From IMG/VR virus record IMGVR_UViG_3300048579_000065: a DNA stretch of 22,268 nucleotides, one strand, 5' to 3'. The notes under the pieces are model-generated. The model did not search any database. It was not told where the DNA came from and saw only the letters and a program-made list of their open reading frames with translations. Below are positions 15,973-22,268 of this stretch, piece by piece. The position numbers and the translations under genes were made by a program. Positions within the stretch are counted from its first letter, which is position 1. The number at the start of each line of letters is the position of its first letter. This stretch comes from a virus.

Positions 15973-16433
15973 GAACATCAACCATCTTATATGATGGAAC
16001 AGTAGTAGAGGTAGGTGATACCATTTCACTTAAGGGCAGTAATGGTAAGGTAGTTTCTATTGGACATAATGATCCTAATGGGATATATGATTTGGATGTT
16101 TTATTTGAGGATGGAACTGTTCGTGCTCTTTGGTCAAGAGCAGATAAAGAGATAAAGCTAATTAGCAAAAAGATAGATTTAGAAGAAGAAAATGAGAGAT
16201 TGAAGGAAGAAAACTCTTTACTTAAGAAGAGAATAAAAGAATTTGAGGATGATATTTGTTGGTGTTGTGCTGACATTCTTGGTGTTGAGGCATATGATTT
16301 ACCTCATAAGTGGCTTGACCTTCAAGGCATAAAGTGTTGTAGCAACTGTGGAGTATGTTATAGCATTTATGGAAATAAACCATGTAAAGGTAAATGTCCT
16401 CCAATATCATTAAGAGGATGTACTAATGATTAA
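15969..16433 (+). CDS. Hypothetical protein (SH3-like, coiled-coil and Cys-rich C-terminus)
   Basis: VEVGDTI...GKVVSI; LEEENERLKEENSLLKKRI; CWCC...CCSNCGVC...CKGKC. Confidence 0.75.
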   Translation: MRTSTILYDGTVVEVGDTISLKGSNGKVVSIGHNDPNGIYDLDVLFEDGTVRALWSRADKEIKLISKKIDLEEENERLKEENSLLKKRIKEFEDDICWCCADILGVEAYDLPHKWLDLQGIKCCSNCGVCYSIYGNKPCKGKCPPISLRGCTND

Positions 16434-16917
16434 CCTAGAAAGATTAGAGGCAGCTAATAAAATACTTGAGACAATTCCTTGCTCAACTAAGCCAAAGATG
16501 GTGGTTAAAGCTAATAGAGTTGCTTTAAGTTACTGGTCTAGCTGGTACAACAAACAAATAACTAAGGTGTGGACACCTCAAAGTAAAGGAAGCCATTATC
16601 CTAGCTGGCAGACTCCTTGGGGTGGAACTCACACTACAGCTATAAATCAATTGGTAAGATGGGTACAAGATAAGCCAGTCTATGGTATTGGAGTTTTTAA
16701 GTATTGGTCATCCATAGGACTTGGTAATCAGACTACTACAGATCTTATGGAGACTCTTGGCTATCCTAGTCAAAGCATTTGTGTATTATGTAAGAAGCCT
16801 TGTAAAGGATTAGATTGGTGGAGTCTAGGAGACTTGTCTGGACCTTGCTGTAGCTTTGGACAATGTGAAGATGATTGCAAGGCTGAAAGAAACAATCAGA
16901 GGGCTAATGTGTCATAG
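16426..16917 (+). CDS. Trp-rich hypothetical protein with C-terminal Cys cluster
   Basis: GAGG SD; PWGGT; CVLC...GPCC-x4-C. Confidence 0.75.
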   Translation: MINLERLEAANKILETIPCSTKPKMVVKANRVALSYWSSWYNKQITKVWTPQSKGSHYPSWQTPWGGTHTTAINQLVRWVQDKPVYGIGVFKYWSSIGLGNQTTTDLMETLGYPSQSICVLCKKPCKGLDWWSLGDLSGPCCSFGQCEDDCKAERNNQRANVS

Positions 16918-17035
16918 TGCTCATAAATGTATATGTAAAGCCTGTGTAAAATATCACAATGACAGCTGTGTAATTAGAATATTGTGTAAGTTTTGTAACT
17001 TTACTCTATGCTCAATCCTTAACAATCTTATTTAA
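16871..17035 (+). CDS. Small Cys-rich protein (54 aa, not in ORF track)
   Basis: MIARLKETIRGLMCHSAHKCICKAC...CKFC; eight Cys; fills the gap. Confidence 0.45.
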   Translation: MIARLKETIRGLMCHSAHKCICKACVKYHNDSCVIRILCKFCNFTLCSILNNLI

Positions 17036-17050
17036 GATATACTTTCTATT

Positions 17051-17269
17051 GTGAAGAAAATCATACTTAAGTTTCATATCAAGGCTAGCAATGGTAACAG
17101 AATCTATGTAGAGGATGAAGCCAAGCTAGATGAGTATGGTGATTACAGCGATAGAGACTTCATTTATTTGAAGGAAGGAAAGATACCAAGATCATTGATA
17201 GACGGAGAAATAGACGTAGATTCAATATCAGACGAGGAAATTGGGCAGGACTCTCTGGTTCAACTATAG
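17051..17269 (+). CDS. Acidic hypothetical protein, possibly the N-terminal part of a frameshifted gene
   Basis: GTG start 7 nt after TATACT with no SD (possibly leaderless); see frameshift finding. Confidence 0.55.
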   Translation: MKKIILKFHIKASNGNRIYVEDEAKLDEYGDYSDRDFIYLKEGKIPRSLIDGEIDVDSISDEEIGQDSLVQL

Positions 17270-17277
17270 CAAGACTA

Positions 17278-17484
17278 ATGGGCTGTAGTGCAATGCATGG
17301 GCTAGAACTGCTAAAATCTTGGAAGAATATATTAGGAAGGGAATTAGATTTTGATGACATTGGCGAACTTATACAAGAATACCGTAACAAGCAGGAACTT
17401 AAAGGTTCTTACAGTAGGTCTAGCAGCACTAATACTCAGTGCTTGCAACAGTTCTTGGAACAAGTTAGAAAAAATGAAGTTTGA
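17278..17484 (+). CDS. Putative HTH protein C-terminal part (frame open from 17155)
   Basis: Upstream in-frame sequence reads WAGLSGSTIARLMGCSAMHGLELLK, which is HTH-like; no SD at 17278. Confidence 0.45.
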   Translation: MGCSAMHGLELLKSWKNILGRELDFDDIGELIQEYRNKQELKGSYSRSSSTNTQCLQQFLEQVRKNEV

Positions 17485-17713
17485 TGACACTATTTTAAGA
17501 CATACTTATACCAGGCAGTATGGTATAGCAACTGGCTTACTTAATGTTTATACTATTTATGGCACTTATCAGTTGGCTGACACTAAAGTACCTCCTGGAA
17601 TAGCTCTTACTCCACAAGGCTTTAAGAGATATAACATTAAAGAACTTTTGACTAAAAATCCTGAATTGCTTTGTCCAGAGGCATTAGGAGCAGCTGAGGT
17701 ACAGAAATGGTAA
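17351..17713 (+). CDS. Hypothetical protein; lipoprotein if the upstream start is used, otherwise starts at 17474
   Basis: LKVLTVGLAALILSA|C lipobox in the extended N-terminus; alternative coupled ATG at 17474. Confidence 0.55.
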   Translation: MMTLANLYKNTVTSRNLKVLTVGLAALILSACNSSWNKLEKMKFDDTILRHTYTRQYGIATGLLNVYTIYGTYQLADTKVPPGIALTPQGFKRYNIKELLTKNPELLCPEALGAAEVQKW

Positions 17714-17973
17714 AGTTGTTTGGTAGTGAAATAACTCCTAGAGGTAGTAATCGTAAGTATGTCGAGCTAGATGATTTAGATAACCTGTTCACTATACTAC
17801 TTACTAAGAGTATAGGGCAATTTGCAAAAGAAACAGGAATACCTTATAATTCAATAAGGCATAGAGTTCATAAGTATTTTACTCAAGAAATGATTGATAA
17901 AATAAGAAGAGAAAGACGCTTCCACACTAAAAAGGCAGGTAAATTAGATGGATCTAGTAACGGAACTGATTAA
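17707..17973 (+). CDS. Helix-turn-helix DNA-binding protein
   Basis: SIGQFAKETGIPYNSIRHRV; basic C-terminus; GAGG SD. Confidence 0.7.
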   Translation: MVKLFGSEITPRGSNRKYVELDDLDNLFTILLTKSIGQFAKETGIPYNSIRHRVHKYFTQEMIDKIRRERRFHTKKAGKLDGSSNGTD

Positions 17974-18271
17974 GCAACCTTTGGTTCAAGGTCTTGTACT
18001 TAAACAAATAATGGATATTGTTAAGGTTTGGCTTAAGAAGGTTGATGATGAAGGTCTAGCCAAGCAGCATATTGGATGGCTGCAACCTAGCCTTGTATTC
18101 CTTACATTACTTACATCAGCTATAAGCCTAGCATTACAAGGTCAGTTGAGTTCTCTTGATTTAAGTCAACTCCAGGTTTACCTTTTGGCTGTAGTTCAAA
18201 CTTATGTAGGTGCTAAGGCCGCTGGAACTGTAACTACTCAGAAGGTTACTAACAAAGTTTTGGGTAAGTAG
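17948..18271 (+). CDS. Holin-like two-TM membrane protein
   Basis: 107 aa; TM segments WLQPSLVFLTLLTSAISLAL and LQVYLLAVVQTYVGA; basic tail. Holin role is inferred. Confidence 0.5.
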   Translation: MDLVTELIKQPLVQGLVLKQIMDIVKVWLKKVDDEGLAKQHIGWLQPSLVFLTLLTSAISLALQGQLSSLDLSQLQVYLLAVVQTYVGAKAAGTVTTQKVTNKVLGK

Positions 18272-18290
18272 TAGAATTATTCTATTACTT
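18266..18290 (+). other. Inverted repeat/hairpin over the stop codon of the holin-like gene
   Basis: aagtagtagaat-t-attctattactt (one G-U pair). Confidence 0.5.
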
Positions 18291-18307
18291 CATTAAGGTA
18301 TCCTTTA

Positions 18308-18547
18308 GTGTCTCAAGAAACCGTGCTAAATCTTGTACTATCTCAGTTAGAGGACCAAAGGGAAGACCTTAAAGCCCTAATACAGAAGGTAGATGCCTTA
18401 CAAACCACTCTAGGTACAGAGACACATCAACTTAAGATGGCTCAAGCTAAATGTGAGAACCGGTGGGGAATAATGGGTAAAGTATTAACACTAGGCCTAC
18501 CATCAACCGGCCTATTTGCTTGGATTAGTTCATGGCATCAGAAGTAA
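18308..18547 (+). CDS. Coiled-coil protein with C-terminal hydrophobic segment (XhlA/holin-accessory-like architecture)
   Basis: LSQLEDQREDLKALIQKVDALQ...; WGIMGKVLTLGLPSTGLFAWI; TAAGGT SD with GTG start. Confidence 0.55.
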   Translation: MSQETVLNLVLSQLEDQREDLKALIQKVDALQTTLGTETHQLKMAQAKCENRWGIMGKVLTLGLPSTGLFAWISSWHQK

Positions 18548-18550
18548 TGA

Positions 18551-19636
18551 ATGGAAATACTTTTATACTTAATAATAGCTTACCTGTATGGATCTCTGGC
18601 TGAGTTTGTGGCCCATAGATTTTTCATGCACAAGCCTTGGCTAAAGAGCATCTACAGGATGCATGGCCAGCATCATAGAGCCTATCCAACCCAATTTTTC
18701 AACAAACATAAGTCTAAAGAACATCAATTTAGCAATCTTGTTTTGTGCCTAGAGCACATGCTAGTATTTACATTACCAGCCGTGGCTATAACCTACCTAT
18801 TCAATCATACATTAAGTATAGTATTGTTATTATTTGGTATAGTGCATTTTCATTTCTATAATGAAGTTCATACAGCTATGCACACTAATAGTAGGTGGCT
18901 TCCAAAGTGGTTAGTGTGGCATCATTTCATGCACCACTCTCACCCTACTAAGTTTCTATGTGTTTCCTTACCATTCTGGGACTGGATTTTTAGAACCACA
19001 TGTAAGATGACTCCTAAAGACAAGGCTCATTGGAAAAGATTAAGTACACAAAAGAGTACAAAAACTGAGATAAAGTCTAAGATAATGGACCTTGATAATT
19101 GTGTGCTATCTACAAGATACCTTAAGAATGGTGCTGTCAGTGAGTTTCCAGGCTTTCTAATCAAAGTAGGTAAGAAACCTGTAATCTATTATGCTAATCA
19201 TATGAGCTGGAGAGATCCAATAATATTAGCCAAGAGACTTGGTGCTAGAACTATGGTACATCAGAATGTAATGAACTTTCTCTGGCTAGGACTTATATTA
19301 GGACCACTGTTTGGATTCTTTAGTGTAAACAAGCCAGGAAAGGTGGCAATAGATGGGGCATGGAAAGTCTTAACCAAGTATAAACAACCTATCTTAATAT
19401 TTCCTGAAGGATTAACTAACCTCTCAAATCAGCCAACTAGACCATTCAAATCAGGCCTGGCTAGAATAATTGAACAATCACCTGATAACATACCAGTCAT
19501 TGGTATTAAAATTGATTATGAACATTATATGCCAGCCTGGATAGAGAAATTTCCACACTGGATACAGTTCGTGCTAACTCTATTTCATCCTCACGCTTAT
19601 TGTCGATATACTATAAGTGAGTTAGAGGATTATTAA
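18551..19636 (+). CDS. Fusion of fatty-acid hydroxylase/sterol desaturase-family di-iron enzyme and PlsC-type lysophospholipid acyltransferase
   Basis: N-terminal His boxes HRFFMH, HGQHH, HTAMH and HHFMHH with TM helices; C-terminal ANHMSWRD (HX4D), IFPEG and RPFKSG; one uninterrupted frame. Confidence 0.88.
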   Translation: MEILLYLIIAYLYGSLAEFVAHRFFMHKPWLKSIYRMHGQHHRAYPTQFFNKHKSKEHQFSNLVLCLEHMLVFTLPAVAITYLFNHTLSIVLLLFGIVHFHFYNEVHTAMHTNSRWLPKWLVWHHFMHHSHPTKFLCVSLPFWDWIFRTTCKMTPKDKAHWKRLSTQKSTKTEIKSKIMDLDNCVLSTRYLKNGAVSEFPGFLIKVGKKPVIYYANHMSWRDPIILAKRLGARTMVHQNVMNFLWLGLILGPLFGFFSVNKPGKVAIDGAWKVLTKYKQPILIFPEGLTNLSNQPTRPFKSGLARIIEQSPDNIPVIGIKIDYEHYMPAWIEKFPHWIQFVLTLFHPHAYCRYTISELEDY

Positions 19637-19657
19637 TTTTATGAGGAAAGTCTGTAA

Positions 19658-20536
19658 ATGACTACAGCACTTCTGTTAGCGGGAGGTGGTAGCAGGTCAG
19701 CTATCTCAGCAGGCTCACTAAAGTACATAAAGGAGTCTGGAATAGTTCCTGATGCTGTTTATGGAGCTTCAGGTGGAGCATTAAATGGCATCTTGTACTT
19801 ACAAGATGAGATGGAAGAGCTTGAAAAGCTTTGGCTAAACATTAGTAATGATCAAGTCTATAAAAGCAAGATACTAAGCCTTTGGCAGGTGTTTACAGAT
19901 CAAGGCTCCATATACAACTCAAAGCCACTTGAGAAATTACTAAGAAAGTTATTTAACAAAGAGAAGATTGATTCTCTTAAAATACCATTTTATGTTGGAA
20001 CCTCAAATATAACTAAGCTAAGACCTGAGATTAGAGACATAAGAGGTATGGAGTATGAAGAACAGATTAAGTGGTTACTAGCCTCGGCTAGCCCTCCTAT
20101 CTTATTTCCTACTGTGCCTTTTAAGTTTGGTGATGAACTACATGATTTAGTAGATGCTGGCCTCTGCACAAATTATTTTATTAATCAAGCAATAAATGAT
20201 GGACATGACACTATAATCTGTGTGTCTCCTACAAACTTCCAATCAAAACCACCTAAAAACCTTCTAGATATAGTGCAGGCAACAATCTCAACGGCTACAT
20301 TTAATTATTTAGATAGAGAAATTAAGGCAGTTGAGAAGATTAATAAGATTATTGATATGGCCAACATAGAGCTTACTAATGACATTAGGAAAATTTCTCT
20401 TGTCTTGGTGAGGCCAAAACAACCATGGGACCAAGGACTAATTGATTTTAACTACAAGGTTGATAGGAAATCTTTAATTGATTTTGGCTATAACATAGCT
20501 AAGAGTGCCTTAAATGCAAAGAAAGGAAATCCTTAA
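19658..20536 (+). CDS. Patatin-like phospholipase
   Basis: LAGGGSR oxyanion loop, GASGG nucleophile elbow, ASASPPILFP, catalytic DAG; GAGG SD. Confidence 0.93.
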   Translation: MTTALLLAGGGSRSAISAGSLKYIKESGIVPDAVYGASGGALNGILYLQDEMEELEKLWLNISNDQVYKSKILSLWQVFTDQGSIYNSKPLEKLLRKLFNKEKIDSLKIPFYVGTSNITKLRPEIRDIRGMEYEEQIKWLLASASPPILFPTVPFKFGDELHDLVDAGLCTNYFINQAINDGHDTIICVSPTNFQSKPPKNLLDIVQATISTATFNYLDREIKAVEKINKIIDMANIELTNDIRKISLVLVRPKQPWDQGLIDFNYKVDRKSLIDFGYNIAKSALNAKKGNP

Positions 20537-21046
20537 ATGCGTGTAGACCTAAATAAGTTTAATAGGTCCAATCTTAATTCTGATCAAAAGTCAGCGCTAA
20601 TAGTATTAGCCCCACTAAGTCTTTTAATCTCAGATTGGATTATAGCAAAGTGTAGGTTCCTACAAAAACCAGGAAAATTGTATAGGAGTATCATTTTGGC
20701 TGATCTTCTAATAGAATCAGAGTTTATGACACATCCTGTTAGCAAAGAGTTCATTGGAACTAAGTGTAGTAATAACATCACTAAGATCAAGGCTGATAAT
20801 GATTGGAGAGGTAGAGTGATAGAGTACGAAAAGGAAGGATACAGATCTTACAGAGATTCTAGCCATTTTGCGTCTGATTACACTGACATCATTTGCTTTA
20901 CTAATAAATATGATGACACCTTAGCTGAGACAGACTATAAGTGTCAATTGACTAGATTTTCTACCTTCAAGCCTAATCCAAAATTGTATAATAGTAAGAG
21001 TGAAACTATTATAGAGTTCTATGGGTTAGGTGAATTTGATGGCTAA
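20537..21046 (+). CDS. Divergent GH73/FlgJ-like peptidoglycan hydrolase
   Basis: ILADLLIES (cf. AQAxLES), NNITKIKA..W.G (cf. NNLFGIKA), YRSY..DY (cf. FRxY), C-terminal IIEFYGLGEFD; YATD motif degenerate. Confidence 0.6.
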   Translation: MRVDLNKFNRSNLNSDQKSALIVLAPLSLLISDWIIAKCRFLQKPGKLYRSIILADLLIESEFMTHPVSKEFIGTKCSNNITKIKADNDWRGRVIEYEKEGYRSYRDSSHFASDYTDIICFTNKYDDTLAETDYKCQLTRFSTFKPNPKLYNSKSETIIEFYGLGEFDG

Positions 21047-22223
21047 AGAAAAAGACGAATTAGAAATACTTAAGAAAGAACTTAATATTGTTCCAGCTAC
21101 AAAGTATAAGAGAATCAGGCAGAAATGTGATTGCTTATCTTTTGGTGTGTTTCCAGTAGACTTTGCTATCAGTGAGATAGATGAAGATGGTTTTTCTGGA
21201 ATAAGAGAAAGAGACTGTTTTGAACTTCTAGGCCCTAACAATAGCCTCAAAACTGCCTTATCTATTCAGATGATTAAGAAAACTCTAGATAGGTATGGTC
21301 CTTACTCAGTTTTTGGTATTTGGACTGAGCCATTTGATCCTGACAGAATGGAGCAAGCTGGCATAGATCTTGATCAGATCCTCATGTATGAGCTTTATGA
21401 AATAGATGAGGAAACAGGACAAGTTAAGATTAAACAAGATATGGCTGAAGTGGCGTTTGCCTCAGCATTAGAATTGGCCAAAAATCCTAGAACCAGGCTT
21501 ACATTTATTGACAGTCTTTCGGCTGCTATGCCAAGCCTACAGATGTTTGATAAGAAAAATGTAAGAGATCTTGATAGTAATCCAGTAGCAGCATCTGCCA
21601 AGGTTGTAAATAACTTTGTTAATAAGTTCAAGAATCTTGCTGCAAGGTCGGTGCTAGGCTACATTTCACATTATAATGAACCAATAACCTTTGACATTCA
21701 ACAAGTCTTTATGGATCAGACTAAGATTCATACAAGAGGTGGTAATGGTAAAGATTTTGCTGCTGATGTGAGGATTCTATGTAACTCAACAATTAAGCTA
21801 AATGATGAAAAGCATTCAGTATTTGGCACTAAGCAAGGTGAGATGTATAATTGCACTTGGAAGATTATTAAAAATAAATACAGTCCAAGTGTTCCATACA
21901 GAACCCCTACAGGTGAATTTGATCCTAAAACTGGTAAGTTTAATGATGAAGAAACAATTATTAAATGTGCTTCATTTTTTGCTGAGAAAGATAAGCAGGA
22001 TGTTATTCATTCCAAGCTTGATCCTAAAGTCTATACAGGTGGCTCCTGGATTACAATTGGTAATGAAAAGTTCCAAGGCATAGATAAAGCCGAGGCTTAC
22101 CTTAAACAACATCCAGAGATAGTTGACAAATTGGCTAAACAAATGTATCCTTTGAATGGGCAGTTCTTTGAGGACGTTAGACCTAGTTTAGAGGAACTTA
22201 TGGAGAATGGTAGCCAAATTTAA
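21039..22223 (+). CDS. recA: RecA/UvsX-like recombinase
   Basis: ELLGPNNSLKT (variant Walker A), FIDSLSA (Walker B), TRGGNGKDFAADVRI, KIIKNK, GSW...FQG; ATG 21039 behind AGGTG. Confidence 0.85.
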   Translation: MAKEKDELEILKKELNIVPATKYKRIRQKCDCLSFGVFPVDFAISEIDEDGFSGIRERDCFELLGPNNSLKTALSIQMIKKTLDRYGPYSVFGIWTEPFDPDRMEQAGIDLDQILMYELYEIDEETGQVKIKQDMAEVAFASALELAKNPRTRLTFIDSLSAAMPSLQMFDKKNVRDLDSNPVAASAKVVNNFVNKFKNLAARSVLGYISHYNEPITFDIQQVFMDQTKIHTRGGNGKDFAADVRILCNSTIKLNDEKHSVFGTKQGEMYNCTWKIIKNKYSPSVPYRTPTGEFDPKTGKFNDEETIIKCASFFAEKDKQDVIHSKLDPKVYTGGSWITIGNEKFQGIDKAEAYLKQHPEIVDKLAKQMYPLNGQFFEDVRPSLEELMENGSQI

Positions 22224-22268
22224 CTTTCATCGAGGTGGCAGCTACCTCATGATCTTCAAAGACCATGA
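22207..22268 (+). CDS. 5' fragment of the next gene (runs off the window)
   Basis: ATG 22207 overlapping the recA end, GAGG upstream; MVAKFNFHRGGSYLMIFKDH... stays open to the edge. Confidence 0.4.
   Translation, partial: MVAKFNFHRGGSYLMIFKDH

Noticed and set aside
19658-20536. Patatin as a CBASS CapV effector
   Set aside because: No CD-NTase or Cap2/Cap3 genes nearby; the neighbours are lipid and envelope genes.
3437-21631. Minus-strand ORFs in the track (e.g. 3437-3730, 7848-8201, 11681-12115, 15944-16276, 21395-21631)
   Set aside because: All lie antisense to well-supported + strand genes, show no motifs, and have the Ser/Leu/Phe-rich composition of shadow frames.
21802-22083. 93-aa + strand ORF nested in recA
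   Set aside because: Out-of-frame shadow of a conserved gene, with no SD or motif.
1-22268. Stop-codon reassignment (alternative genetic code)
   Set aside because: Conserved genes are full length in the standard code, and TAA, TAG and TGA all terminate coupled genes.

Overview
An AT-rich window from a dsDNA bacteriophage genome. About 55 tightly packed, mostly translationally coupled genes all lie on the + strand, and I see no virion-structural genes, integrase, tRNAs or CRISPR array. It covers the replication, nucleotide-metabolism and middle-gene region. In order: an origin-like AT-rich tract with palindromic 13-bp tandem repeats; a T4 gp32-like SSB; a divergent family A DNA polymerase; a metallophosphoesterase; a B12-dependent class II ribonucleotide reductase behind a structured leader; two GT2 glycosyltransferases; dCTP deaminase; an amidase endolysin; a YpsA/SLOG protein; and many small Cys-rich proteins. 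The right end holds the most unusual block: two holin-like membrane proteins, a single-ORF fusion of a di-iron fatty-acid hydroxylase/desaturase with a PlsC-type acyltransferase, a patatin phospholipase, a divergent GH73-like muramidase, and a RecA/UvsX with a non-canonical Walker A. I infer a phage-encoded membrane-lipid remodelling cassette (deacylate, oxidise, reacylate) linked to envelope or lysis genes. The whole window is strongly CpG-depleted. All calls come from motifs read by eye; no database search was run and the host cannot be identified.
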